Positions 1 through 11,955 of a stretch of DNA of 64,000 nucleotides are shown piece after piece. Origin of the DNA: Macrostomum lignano (Eukaryota). The number at the start of each line of letters is the position of its first letter. Positions within the stretch are counted from its first letter, which is position 1. The translations under genes and the position numbers were made by a program. The stretch lies in assembly GCA_002269645.1 (NCBI GenBank), contig NIVC01000276.1, positions 237,427-301,426 on the forward strand. Direction: 5' to 3'. The notes below the pieces were generated by a model. It was not told the origin of the DNA and did not search any database. It saw only the letters and a program-made list of their open reading frames with translations.

Positions 1-644
1 ACCCAACTAGAGAAGCCGGCTGCCTGCGCACCGAGGACAAGCTCTGCTCTGCATGTGCCAGTAAAAGTTTGCTGGCAAACGGTGACAGCGGGAAAAATCT
101 GCTTAACAATCGTGCTTGACTTGACCTTCTTCATCCGAGGGCCGTCAGAGGCAGCTGAACAGGTACAGGAGTCGAGAGCTGTAAATAATTTTACTGTCCT
201 GGTTATTCAGGCTGGAATTCTTTTATTTTATTTGACCTTCTTTATACTTGCTTACTTGCTTTCTCCACAAAACTTTACAGTATTTTAATAAAATACTTCG
301 GTGTGAAACGCACTGCAGTTGACCGCAAACCAGCTTACTAGAAAATCCCAAACATTTTTTTAGTTTTTTTCTAGCTGATTTTTAACAAATAAAGTTTTCA
401 AAAAGAGATTCGCCTTTCACAGAGTTTCGCGTTGAAATTGGTTGCTAAATATATTTGAAGGACGTTGAAGAAAGGCAAACAGGAACTGCATAAAATCGGA
501 GAAATTGATTATCAAAAAAGTCAGTAGTTTAGCAGTAGTATCAATAGTGCAGTCAGAAAATGTACGCAGAAATTCCGAGCCGATGGAGCATGGACGAATT
601 TCAGATTTGTTTAACTGGAGCTGCAGCGACCATTTTGCCTCAGC

Positions 645-1820
645 CTACTGCCCAGCACCGGCACGCAGAAAGGCCCGCAGGCAGTCGGCCATCAGGCAGC
701 TTGACGGCCCGTCAGTCGATCCCCGTCGAGCTGGAGTCAGAGCTCGCCGCAGCAGAGCGGGTCCGTCGGCCAATTCGTACGGATGGCGACGCTCGCCCGC
801 CGAGGCGTCGTTGGGTTCAGCGACGGAGGCGCCGACTCCGCGAAAGCGCAGCAGCCCGGGGCTCTGTGACCCAGAAGGCCGCAGGGCCTCCAGTAGCCGC
901 AGGAACCGCAAGGCTTCCCCGCCGGCAGAGCGCCAGCGCTGATCACGCGGCTCCAGCTGGCGCCCGGTCCAGCTGACCCCGGGGGTGGCAGTCACCACTC
1001 CGCAGACAGTTTGTGGCGCGGAGCGGCAGCCCATGGTGACCAGGAAGCCGCTGCCGCCATCAGCCAGTCGGAGGCTGACCCCAGCGAGTTCCTCGGCTGG
1101 TACAGTCCAGACGGCAGCCACTGGGCAGGAGGCGGTGACAGATTCAACAGCCGCGTCAACAGCGGCGGACAGCTCCGAAGGCGTCGACCCTTCTGAGATT
1201 GAAGGCAGCCGCCACAGGCAGAGCAGGTTGACCAGGTGGAGCCGGTCCCGGCAGACAAGAGCCAGCAGGCCGTGACGCAGCGTCAGCTTCATCAGGTTGG
1301 CCAGCGGCTTATCGGCGCTGGCGAGAGTGGCGGCAGCCGCGGCTGCGACCTCTGTGGCCGGCCCGGCTGGCAGCGCCAGGGTGCCGGAGCCGAGAAACGG
1401 ACGCTGCTGCGTCGACTCGCTTGCTGTTAGCCCGCGTTCCAGTGCCGCGACCAGCCAGGCGAAGCAGGCCTCGGCCGGGTCAGGTGCAGCCCGGCCGGCC
1501 GATTTGTCCGGTTCAACCTCCTCTCCATCGGCAACGAAGCCGCAGTGCAGGTAGCCGGTGCGGCTGCGGTTCACGGACGGCCAGGTGGCCAGGGAGCACG
1601 CGGCCAGCAGCGTCTCTGGGCCGCGCGGCCGGCGCTGCATCATGTCGGTGGCCAGCTGCGTGAGCAGGTCCAGGTGCATCCAGGCGTCCGCTTTGGCCAG
1701 CATGCTCACCTGCAGGAAGACGGGAGACTTTACTGGATAGGCCAGTTGAGAGATATCCGTCTCCCTTGGTTTAAAAATGCCAGCACTAATTGCTTTACCT
1801 GTCACAGGTGCATCATGCAC
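645..1820 (-). CDS. Uncharacterised GC-rich ORF/exon (391 aa), possibly the 3' part of a spliced gene continuing in 1984-3111
   Basis: Long ORF with host-like GC-rich codons, flanked by AT-rich DNA; no family motif recognised. Confidence 0.45.
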   Translation of the reverse strand: MHDAPVTGKAISAGIFKPRETDISQLAYPVKSPVFLQVSMLAKADAWMHLDLLTQLATDMMQRRPRGPETLLAACSLATWPSVNRSRTGYLHCGFVADGEEVEPDKSAGRAAPDPAEACFAWLVAALERGLTASESTQQRPFLGSGTLALPAGPATEVAAAAAATLASADKPLANLMKLTLRHGLLALVCRDRLHLVNLLCLWRLPSISEGSTPSELSAAVDAAVESVTASCPVAAVWTVPAEELAGVSLRLADGGSGFLVTMGCRSAPQTVCGVVTATPGVSWTGRQLEPRDQRWRSAGGEALRFLRLLEALRPSGSQSPGLLRFRGVGASVAEPNDASAGERRHPYELADGPALLRRALTPARRGSTDGPSSCLMADCLRAFLRAGAGQ

Positions 1821-1983
1821 ATCTAAACTATGAGTATAAGCTAAGACATTCAGACTGCTAATTTTCTTAATACCGGCTTTGTTCTGGGTGAATTTCCGGT
1901 GAATTTCATACGGATAGAGAGGACTAAAATGGCACAGGGTCCACTGTCTGCAGCAGCAAATGTTTGTGAGGCGAGAGGTTGAG

Positions 1984-3111
1984 CTAGCAGCGAGAAAGCG
2001 CCATCACATGGCCGGTTTCAGTCCTCACCCGATCGTCCACCATGCGCGCCGGACGGTCGGTGACGAGCTGAGCCTCGGCCAGCCGCGCCGAGTCCCTGGC
2101 CAGCTGCCAGGCGTGCTCGGCCAGCTGCAGGACGCCGCGAACGAAGCGAGTCGCTCTGGCCGCCTCGCCGCCGCTCCCGCTGCAGTGGCCGCGCAGCTGA
2201 GCGACCAGCATCGCCTGGCCGAGCGCGGCCAGGTCTGGCAGCGCCGACTCGACCGTCTCCACGTCCAACATGCAGACGCTGAAAGTCTGGCGCGAGACTG
2301 TCGAGGCTTTGTTGCCGCTGCCAACCAGACGGAGGCTGCCGACGCTGGCGGCCACCATGGCCAGGACGGCTTCGTCGCCAGTGTCTGCGGCGGGCAGCTC
2401 CAGGTAGGACCAGACCGACGGTGGCGGTCCCGCCGAGCTTGAGGCTTCGGCGCTGAGGAGTTTCAGCTGGCGACGCAGCTCTTCGAAGGCGGCCTCCAGC
2501 GAGTCGGACAGCCGCTTGGCGCTCTGGCAGTGGCTCTGGCCCGACCGATCCAGCGGCGACGCCGACGGCCGCAGTAGCAGCAGCGGCAGTGGAGAGGCGC
2601 CGCCACCGCCGAATCGGGCGAGCCGGTCGAGCTGTCCGGACAGCCACCGGCGGAGGGTTGCGGCCTGCCTGCGCGAGTCCGGGTGCAGCTCCACCGCCGG
2701 CTGCTGCGTCTGCGGCTGCTTCGACATCGATGAGGGACCAATTGAGTCGATCAGAGGGAAATTGCGCCTCATCAGCAGCGGCAACTGGGCGCAGTGGCTC
2801 ACGAAGGCCATCCGCTGGCGGGAGCCGCCGCCGCCGCTGCCAGCCGTCCAGTCAAGCAGCTGCTCGCACTGGCGAGACCCGGCGACCCGGCCGAACTCGT
2901 CCGCTCCCGTCCGCAGTGGACGAAGGCCGCCGCGCGACCGTCCAAGCCGCGTGACCAGAGTGAAGCTGCAGCAGGCACCGCCGGACTCGTCCTTCTCCAC
3001 GCCGGAGAAGGCGGAGCCCTGCATCACGGGATGCAGCCAGCGGTCCAGCTCAGCCTCCGCCAGATTGCCAATGTCCGGTATGACGAACCAGTTCCACAGG
3101 TACTCCTGCAC
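1984..3111 (-). CDS. Uncharacterised ORF/exon (375 aa)
   Basis: Long ORF on the same strand as 645-1820, separated by a ~160-bp AT-rich gap with candidate splice sites; no motif recognised. Confidence 0.45.
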   Translation of the reverse strand: MQEYLWNWFVIPDIGNLAEAELDRWLHPVMQGSAFSGVEKDESGGACCSFTLVTRLGRSRGGLRPLRTGADEFGRVAGSRQCEQLLDWTAGSGGGGSRQRMAFVSHCAQLPLLMRRNFPLIDSIGPSSMSKQPQTQQPAVELHPDSRRQAATLRRWLSGQLDRLARFGGGGASPLPLLLLRPSASPLDRSGQSHCQSAKRLSDSLEAAFEELRRQLKLLSAEASSSAGPPPSVWSYLELPAADTGDEAVLAMVAASVGSLRLVGSGNKASTVSRQTFSVCMLDVETVESALPDLAALGQAMLVAQLRGHCSGSGGEAARATRFVRGVLQLAEHAWQLARDSARLAEAQLVTDRPARMVDDRVRTETGHVMALSRC

Positions 3112-3162
3112 CGAGGTTAGAATTCTTGCGGAAGGTTTCAGGAATGAGATGGACTATATTAT

Positions 3163-3217
3163 TGACTGACTGACTGACTGACTGACTGACTGACTGACTG
3201 ACTGACTGACTGACTGA
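3163..3217. repeat. (TGAC)n microsatellite, ~14 units
   Basis: Directly visible perfect tetranucleotide repeat. Confidence 0.95.
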
Positions 3218-3329
3218 ATTTTAAAACAGTGGGATACTTCGTACTCTACAATGGCTACTTAAATACACGTGCAGAAATTTCAAGTCCTAACCATATACGA
3301 AGTAGATAGCAGATTCGAATGTGCAAAAT

Positions 3330-4754
3330 TTATGTAGATAAAACGTACGTCACTGTGCATTCTAACCAAGCTACAGCTAAAAATAGAATCAATTTTAGCA
3401 TTCTGGTGCTTGGAACACCCCCATAAACAGTCGTTTGGCAACACAGTTTAACGCACCTCAGTTTCTGCGCAGACGCCCCAGCAGCTGTCGATGGCTCCTG
3501 GAGCAGCGGCCGAGTGACGTCACCAGTGGGAGAGTAGAACAGCTGCGCCCGGCTGCCGCAGCAGGCCAGGTGCCGGCACTCGATGCCCAGGTGCTCGCAC
3601 TCGGCGCCCTCCTCGGCCCACACGCCGGCCAGGTGAAATTTCAGGTGTCCTTCAAAGTCGGCGTAGAACTGGCCGGACCCGGCTGAGCCCTCAGAGGCGT
3701 CGGCAGCGGGAGGCGGCACGGAGTCCAGGCGACCTCGAGTCATCGGGCGGTACCAGGTGAGCGGCAGCAGCTGCAGGCTGGTGACCGCCCGGATGGAGTC
3801 CCCCGAGCCCGTGTGGCCCACGTGCTCGCTGCTGCCGGCCAGCAACAGCTTCCACTGGCAGCCGGGCAGCCGCGGCTCGAATCTGCCCAGGTAGGCGTCG
3901 AATTCTGCCGCGTGAGTGGCCCGCACCGGCCGCGGCAGCGACGACTTCGCTAGCAGGTGCAGCCGCCCGGTGGACTTGCAGCAGGACAAGGCGCTGGGTG
4001 CCGCCGGGTCACTGGAGTATAACGGTCTTTGCTCAGCGACTAGAACCGTCAGCACCCATTCCACCACCCAAACCACCACCACTACTCACCCCAGCACCCA
4101 TTCCACCACTCACCCCAGCACCAATTCCACCACTCACCCCAGCACCCATTCCACCACTCACCCCAGCACCCATTCCACCACTCACCCCAGCACCAATTCC
4201 ACCACTCACCCCAGCACCCATTCCACCACTCACCCCAGCACCCATTCCACCACTCACCCCAGCACCCATTCCACCACTCACCCCAGCACCCATTCCACCA
4301 CTCACCCCAGCACCCATTCCACCACTCACCCCAGCACCCATTCCACCACTCACCCCACCACCCACAGCACCACCCATACCACGGAATGGACAGTCAGCAA
4401 CGGAACCCACCGATAGTACATATAGTAGTACTCGTCGCACTCGCAGAGAACCAGACGCTTTCTGTCGGTATGATAGGCCACCTCCGGCTCCTCCAGCGCC
4501 GCGGGCACCACGCCGAGGTCGGCAGCCACGTCGGCAAGCGCAGCTTCGCGGCGCAGCTCGGCGGCGGGCACCAGCGGCTGGCAGCGATAGTCGGCGAGGC
4601 CCTGTGCGCAGCAGAACTCCGGTGCCTTGTAAAACGGCGCGGGACCAGCGTTGCCGTTGCTGTCCGAGTTGGCGCCTGGCCGGCGAGGCTTCATGACGGC
4701 TTGGGCTGACGGACGGGACGAGATTGGCAGACGAAAATTCTTATCGATCAGCAA
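3330..4754 (-). CDS. Uncharacterised gene, probably two exons (~4754-4410 and ~4040-3330) split by a minisatellite-filled intron
   Basis: Two GC-rich minus-strand ORF segments either side of the 24-bp array; splice phase could not be fixed. Confidence 0.35.
4050..4375. repeat. 24-bp minisatellite (CAGCACCCATTCCACCACTCACCC), ~13 units
   Basis: Direct tandem repeat. Confidence 0.95.
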
Positions 4755-5544
4755 GCCGCAGAGAGAAAACTCGAGGGTGCAGTTGACAACTAATTGCCAT
4801 AGAGTGCAGCGTTTCAGCTAGATCAGCTGATCTCACAGTTCCCGATTTTTACAGATATTTTTTCATTTCAAAAGATTCATTAATAAAATTTTATTGAGGT
4901 TGATGCCATGGCAAGTTAAGCAAATTTAGCCGCGGTTAGTATTCGACTGAATAAGTTTACGTAACCCAACAACCTATGGAACGAAGTTCACTTGTCACTT
5001 GTCACTATTTATGCTATGCACTCCCTGACCCCTTTACCTGCACTCCCTGACCCTACCTGAACTCCCAGCACTGTCAATAATAGCTTACAATATCTCATGT
5101 CTGCTACACTCATCCCTCCCCTGATGATGCGAACGCGGCAGCTGGACGGAGACAGAGCCTCTGGCTCCCAATAAAATCTAGCAATCCCTTTGTTAATTCT
5201 TCCCAGCCCTGCATGCAGATGCAGAGTTGAAAAAGCCTCTGACACTCTATCAGATTCAGTAGAATAAAAATTCAGAAATATATGCTCGCTCTTCAACAGA
5301 TCCTTCAAATCACCTGAAAGGCACCTGCTGCAAATTTCCCAATAAAATGTAAAAAACGAAAGCTGTTGCTGTCGAGTGTGACAACAAACTGCTCACTTTT
5401 ATTTGACTAGTCAACCTTCTCAGCAGCAGAGAAGTCTATTTCTGCTATACCAGGTTTTCATGCTGAGACCATTGCGTCAATATGCGACTGAATGTTTTTT
5501 TAACAAAAGCAAAATTTTACTGATGACGTGGACTATAGAAAAAT

Positions 5545-6055
5545 ACAGCATACTACAGCACACTACAGCACACCACAGTCCACTACAGCACACCGCAGCC
5601 GCAGCACACCACAGCACACCACAGCACACCACAGCTCACCACAGCTCATCACAGCTCATCACAGCACACCACAGTCCACTACAGCTCACCACGGCACACC
5701 ACAGCTCATCACAGCTCACCACAGCTCACCACGGCACACCACAGCACACCACAGTCCATTACAGCACACCACAACTCACCACGGCACACCACAGCACACC
5801 ACAGCTCACCACGGCACACCACAGCACACTGCAGCACACTACAGCACACCACAACTCACCACGGCACACCACAGCACACTGCAGCACACTACAGCACACC
5901 ACAACTCACCACGGCACACCACAGCACACTACAGCACACCACAGCACACTACAGCACACCACAGCACACTACAGCACACCACAGCACACCAAAGCACACC
6001 ACAGCACACTGCAGCACACCACAGCACACCACAGCACACTGCAGCACACACTACA
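5545..6055. repeat. Degenerate 10-bp tandem repeat (CAGCACACCA-like)
   Basis: Direct tandem repeat with variants. Confidence 0.9.
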
Positions 6056-6076
6056 GCAGGCCACACCTGAAGTGAC

Positions 6077-7012
6077 TCAGTTACACAATCGGGCCAGTCC
6101 GCCAAGCTGCTCTGCGCTCAGCTTCCACTGAGCGATGCCGAAGCAGACTACGGTCCCGGACAGGCAGCCGTCATCTCCGATTGATGAGTAGCCAAGTCGA
6201 ATCTCCGAGTCAGCGGTCAGCTGGTCGAATCCCGAGCCATTCAGTTCGTAGAAACGGTCATCCAAGAAGACGAAAGCGCCGGTGACGTTGCTGGCGGCCA
6301 CGGCCAGGAAGAACGCGGCGGGGTCGGCGTCCGTCTGCATGAACTGCGACGTCGCACTGAACTGCTTGCCCAGTGGTGCGTAGTTGAACGTCAGGGCTCC
6401 GTTGTACTCGTACAAGCTGGTCAATTTTGAACCAAGGTCAGAGTACATCTTCATGTAGACGTTTTTGGCCTTGTAGGGCCGTCGCACCTTCATGAAGAAG
6501 CTCACTGCTCTCTCTCCTTCGCGATCGATGAGCGCCGTGAGACCTCCCGGGATACTAAGCTTCAGGTATGACGTCATCCTCCCAGCAAAGTGCAGTCCGC
6601 TCGAGTCTCTCGTCACGTCGAAGCCCTCGGAGCTGATGCTCGCGCTGCCCGCCGCCTTCTCGAGCGACTCCCTGAAGTCGAAGAAGGCGAGGAGCTGCAG
6701 CAGGACGGGGGCCAGCGTGAGGCTGCTGCACTTGCCGAGTCCTCCCGAGGTCGACCAGAGCGACAGCTGTGAGAAGTCGGCAGCCAGAGAGCAGACGGAG
6801 TCTTTGAAGTGAGCCGCCTTGCACTTCGGCAGCCGCAGCGTGCACACTCGGATGCACTGGAGCTGGCTGGGCAGCTGCAGGAGCTCCGCTGCTCTCGGAG
6901 TGGGAGGGCACAGCTGAGTCCGCACCCACCGCCACCGGCTCGCGCAAGTGGGGTTCAAACCCCCGACCTCCCTCAAGGATAGAAGCAGCAAGCAAAAGCT
7001 CAGATTTATCAT
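6077..7012 (-). CDS. Putative secreted protein: signal peptide + PAN/apple-like Cys motif + concanavalin A/LamG-like domain (311 aa, intronless)
   Basis: Hydrophobic N-terminus MINLSFCLLLLSL; Cys pattern CIRVC..PKCKAAHF..VCSL; LamG-like features (FFDF..SL, AVSFFMKVR, IRLG..SGTVVCFGI...LSAEQL). Recognition by eye only. Confidence 0.55.
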   Translation of the reverse strand: MINLSFCLLLLSLREVGGLNPTCASRWRWVRTQLCPPTPRAAELLQLPSQLQCIRVCTLRLPKCKAAHFKDSVCSLAADFSQLSLWSTSGGLGKCSSLTLAPVLLQLLAFFDFRESLEKAAGSASISSEGFDVTRDSSGLHFAGRMTSYLKLSIPGGLTALIDREGERAVSFFMKVRRPYKAKNVYMKMYSDLGSKLTSLYEYNGALTFNYAPLGKQFSATSQFMQTDADPAAFFLAVAASNVTGAFVFLDDRFYELNGSGFDQLTADSEIRLGYSSIGDDGCLSGTVVCFGIAQWKLSAEQLGGLARLCN

Positions 7013-7931
7013 GTTTCTTGGTGGAATTTATTGACTGACGAATTAAAAAAACATTGCAGAGACGTCTCACCATGAAGCAGTGGGTGCAAGCTTTATAGGA
7101 AAGTTAGATTGACCTGTTATTGGCTGAATTTCGGCAGCCAATCATGGCCAGCTTCAAGGACCGCTGAATGACAGTAAGAGCACTTGAATTGTCCGAAGAC
7201 CCACTTAGAGCAAAGGCGAGGTGCCAGTCAGGGAGCTCATGTGGGCCTCCCTGCAGCGTTGCTAGGGAAAAAAAAGCCTTCCTTCGAAACGGAAGATGAG
7301 CCGCTCCAGATTCATGCCAAATTGTGAAATAAGGTGCCCTAAAAATTTAGGTGACTGACAAAACTTGTATAAAATCTGTGGTGCCGCATCCCAATATCCC
7401 AGGAAAATTCCATTTGGAAAACGCACAAGTTAGTTTTGTTTTATTTCCTGTTTCCAATAGTTAAGATTCTTAAAAAGCATCTCCATTTTTTACTTTGTCC
7501 TAAAAAATTTGCAGCAAAAGTTACTTAAAAATGAATAGAATATGTTACAAGTACGTATATACAAATTTTTTGAAAGCGTTTAAGTACATAATTGAATATA
7601 AGCCAAACTAAAAGCTTCAGGTTATGTAAGTAGTACGGTTGCAGACAAAATAATTTTACGAGCTAAGTGCGCAATTTACTCGCAATTGGAAAAGTCATGT
7701 CTACGAAATAAGACAAGGGAGTCATGGTTATTCAAGAAAATTTGTCTACTTTTAGTAGTCATACTTCGAGCACTATAGGAAATAGTATATAAAATGTATA
7801 AAAATTGTTCATATAATTTGACTGGATACTTAAATAGCATGATTAGCAGCTTTAAAAAGCAGCATGGAAGATCAACATGTAATTAACAGAGATCAATGGC
7901 TACTTTTTCGATAAGTTTGCGGTTGCTGCCT

Positions 7932-10222
7932 TCAGTGTTCCAGCGTCTGCTGCTGCTGCTGCTCTTCCTTCTTGATGAGTCGGTCGCCCTCAGTGGCATT
8001 CGTTGTCGCCGCCGCCTCCTGCAGAGACTCCACGGTTTCATTGTAGGCTCTCAAGCACCAGGGATTTGAGTCGATGAAAGCGCGCAGACGACAGGGATAG
8101 TCGGTCATGACGCCCTCGCATCCGGCGCTGGGAATGTCGGTTTGTAATGAGGAGATGAGAGAGTCATTAGGAATCGGGAGGATTCCAGTTCGTCGGGTGA
8201 AAACTATTTAAAGTTACATAAAGATTACTTCGACCAAGTTGGAACAATCTTTGATCAAGTACGAGTCTCTAGGTGTGTGTCAGGCGAGTATTGTACGTGC
8301 CAGGTGAGGTGTATGAAGAAAGTATCTGTATGAAGATAGTAGAAAAGAATTGAAGTGTACGCAAGTCCGTCAGGCGATAAGGCCTCACCGGAAGGCCCTG
8401 ACGAACTGTTCCTCGGTGTTGGCCACCCAGGCAAAGGTGGGGATGCCCCGCAGCCTCAGGTGGCCAATCAGCATGGGGGACATGATCAGACAGTCCAAGA
8501 CCCAAAACAGGCCCCGCAGTAGGCAGCGCAGCGGGCATGGTACTCGGCGCCAGAACTCCTTGGCGCTGGGATCAAGGAACACTGACGGCATCGGCGGTTC
8601 GTAGTGAGTCTCAGAGATCGGCACGAACGGCAGCAGGCCAGTGACGAATAGCAGGAGCAGGAGGCCGATGCGACGCAGAGAGAACAGGCGGGGCACCCGG
8701 GGCTCCAGGCGGGCCAGCTGGGTGACGATGCGGTGAGACCAGTTGCCCCACACTGTCACGTCGAGACGATTGTGCTCGCGAAGCATGCGCAGAATTGACT
8801 CCATGAGGTCGCGCCTGTAGTGAAGAAAGAACTTCGAGGTAAATTTTAAATAGAAAATGAAAAACCTAGCCTGTGGTGAAGCCTTCTTTGACTAATTTTC
8901 TCTGGAGTTCCAGCGAACATCACAGACATTGTGATCATTGTGGTCACACAGGATCTACAAAAAAATCAAGTTAAAGCTATGGCTGCATTGGGTTTTAAGT
9001 TGACATTACCGACCATTTAAATGCTTTAATCTCATAATTTTATTGATATTATCAACATCACTTCTGAGCCTTTTCAGTCATTCAGTAAATCATTTAATAT
9101 TATTCATAGATTCACAATCTTGCCTTGCATTCGGTAGAATCTTACGATTGGAACCGAGTCCAAGGTCTTTTGGATTCCTACCTTTAGGAGGCACTACCAT
9201 CCAGTCTCAAAGGTCTATTAGCACAAGTTTACATACTGCAATCGAGTCCTAAATATCTACTTGCACAGTTGGTGCCAGACTGCTATCGAGTTCCAAAGCT
9301 CATCTAGCACAATTGGTGCCATACCGCTATCGAGTCCCAAAGCTCATCTAGCACAATTGGTGCCATACCGCTATCGAGTCCCAAAGCTCATCTAGCACAA
9401 TTGGTGCCATACCGCTATCGAGTCCCAAAGCTCATCTAGCACAATTGGTGCCATACCGCTATCGAGTCCCAAAGCTCATCTAGCACAATTGGTGCCATAC
9501 CGCTATCGAGTCCCAAAGCTCATCTAGCACAATTGGTGCCATACCGCTATCGAGTCCCAAAGCTCATCTAGCACAATTGGTGCCATACCGCTATCGAGTC
9601 CCAAAGGTCCTTTAGCACAATAAGCAGCTGTCACATGACTACTCCTTAGCCGATGGCGACTTCGGTGAGCTGTCTGTTAGTTGCCAGTAGAAAAGGCCGA
9701 ACGAGGTTCAACCCAAGACATACGTGAGTTAGCTTGTCACAAAAATTACCGATCAAATTTGACATCGACGTTCATTGGCAGGCCGGGAAACGCCCGCAGG
9801 ACCTCCTCGAGCTTCGGTATGCGCCTATCAGTGCCGGACGCCATCTCCGCTCCGGGAGAGAACGTGATCCCCAGTCGTGCGCTGATTGGAGGCAGCTGGT
9901 CATAGTCCAGCTCATCGATTCGGCCTTCGCAGCCGCACAACCTGTCCAGCTGCTCATCGTGAGCAACTACTACGCAGCCGTCTCGAGTCATCTGGCAGTC
10001 CAGCTCGAGCATGTGGGTGCCGTGCTGCTCCACCGCCGCACGGAATGCCTCCATGGTGTTCTCGGCCAGCTCGCCCGCGCCGCCGCGGTGACTGATGTGG
10101 GCGGCCGCGAACGTCCTGCGCTTGCGCCGATGCAGAACGCTTGGGTAGCGCAGCAGAAGGCAGGAGATGGTGGCGTAGCCAAGCAGGCAGCCCCCCACCA
10201 CTGCCGTCCACAGGTACCAAGC
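7932..10222 (-). CDS. GDPD1: Glycerophosphodiester phosphodiesterase GDPD1/GDPD3-like (lysophospholipase D); exons 10222-9750, 8814-8389, 8127-7932; first exon/ATG not located
   Basis: Motifs ISHRGGAGELAENTMEAF, MLELDCQMTRDG..VVAHD, RIPKLEEVL, TVWGN, LFVTGLLPFVP, GVMTDYP; phase-consistent GT-AG junctions (phase 2, phase 2). Confidence 0.9.
9265..9620. repeat. 44-bp intronic minisatellite (ATCGAGTCCCAAAGCTCATCTAGCACAATTGGTGCCATACCGCT), ~7-8 units
   Basis: Head-to-tail units 44 bp apart (e.g. 9329, 9373), no spacers. Confidence 0.95.
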
Positions 10223-11955
10223 CTGTGCAAATGTTAGCATATAATCATTGTCCACATAGCAATTAACTATCAAATACACATGAAATTATTCAGTAGTAAA
10301 ATGTCTAATGTATTTGAAACAAATGAATTAAATTTTTAGCACTTTCTTTAAGTAGAAATATTTATCAAATATTTTAATATCAATATACAAGTAATATACA
10401 AGTCAATATACAAGTAATTGTTTAAAGGATGCTTAAAAAGTAATTAAACAGAAACTTTCTATTGTCTGTAGTGCTTCTCGATTATTGGTAGGTATTAAGG
10501 TATAGTAGACTCAAGTAGAGATGTCTGCACATAATACAAGTTTATAAAAATACAAATTATTTTATAAAATAAAATTAAGACTATATATAAATTTATGCAA
10601 AATTGGCCTATTAACTAATATCTGATAGTGCATAAAATATGATACAAATAATGCATAAATTTCTTAAATATTATATTTTCCTGAACTTCACTAAAGCTAA
10701 AGTTTAGGCTTATAGACATAGTTACAGGAGTGCTTTTTAGGTTTTACTAGTAATTTTACCAATTCAAAAATCCACAAAAAAATAATAATATCCTAAATAT
10801 CCATTCTAAGCTTTAGTTTTAATGCGCTTTAAATAAAACTGCATATGTTTTTATTTTTTATCTTAATTTCTTTCTAAACTAATGTACAAAGAAAATAAAA
10901 TAAGATAGCTGATATAGAACTTGATTGCACGACATTGTGATTAAATGTTTTATATTTACTGATTCCTTTACTCTTCGTTGGACTTAGGTTAGGACTAGCT
11001 AGGGACTTTGGCTACCTATGCTAGATGATTTGATACGACACCAGCTTATCAAAAGCACTAAAACCTAATACATATAGCTAAAATATTGATAAATGTTAAA
11101 GAGATACGAGCGTGACAACGCTATAACTCAAGAATTGACAGTTTTAAGACAGCAAACATTGAGTAAATGGTCGATATGAAGCAATTTTTCCTTTTATTAC
11201 AAAGTTTCTGAAATAAAAAATTTATGGGTTTTTTTCCTATAATTTGCTTTGTTTTATTCTCCCTAGCATGCTCAATTCGCGGAACTCGTGAATTTTTCGT
11301 AACTTACATGTAAATGGTTTGACAAAGTCATATTATTTTCTAGGCTAAGCTGTTTTATTTCTGCTGCCTATCTGTGCATGGGTTCTAACTTGTACCTTCA
11401 TTTGCACTCAAAACTTAGATAGCTTTGGCTAACCCCGGCCCCTAATGACATAATTACGTTTTCATGCTTTTATTTTTTACGATGAAAATTTCTGAGAATA
11501 ACTTTACTCATTTATCTGAGTCTCTTTTTCTGTTCAACTTTATAGTAGCTATCAATGACCCAATAGTCTCATCATGCAAGTGGCATAGCTAGGATTTTCA
11601 TCATGAGGGGGTCACAAGCCAGAGCCACAGGTGAGTTACAAAGTAGCTATTACTAAAATTACCGATCCATAGTCGCAATGTCACCACAACAAACATGTAA
11701 TCAGGCGCAACGAAATATTTTTGGCGAGGGGCCAAAGTTTAATTTGCCAGTCACTGAACAAAATATTTTAGCGCCAATTTAGCGTACGTTGTAAGCTATA
11801 CGTGTATTTTACTTTACATTACGTGGTAACAGTTCTGTAGAACAAGTAGATCGAGAATAGTTAAGATCAAAATTTGAATATTGGGCCGTCTGGCGGCCCT
11901 CGGCCACTCACTGCGTCCTACAAGAGTACAAATTTATTTTTTTGTGTACGCTTTG

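Noticed and set aside
505-3169. Many plus-strand Arg/Ala-rich ORFs overlapping the minus-strand ORFs (also in 12250-16077 and 24410-27985)
   Set aside because: Typical shadow ORFs of GC-rich coding sequence
3916-6131. Mucin-like, Pro-rich and His/Thr-rich ORFs
   Set aside because: They coincide with the 24-bp and 10-bp arrays and are open in several frames on both strands
9265-9620. CRISPR-like array
   Set aside because: Units are contiguous with no unique spacers; eukaryotic intron; no cas genes
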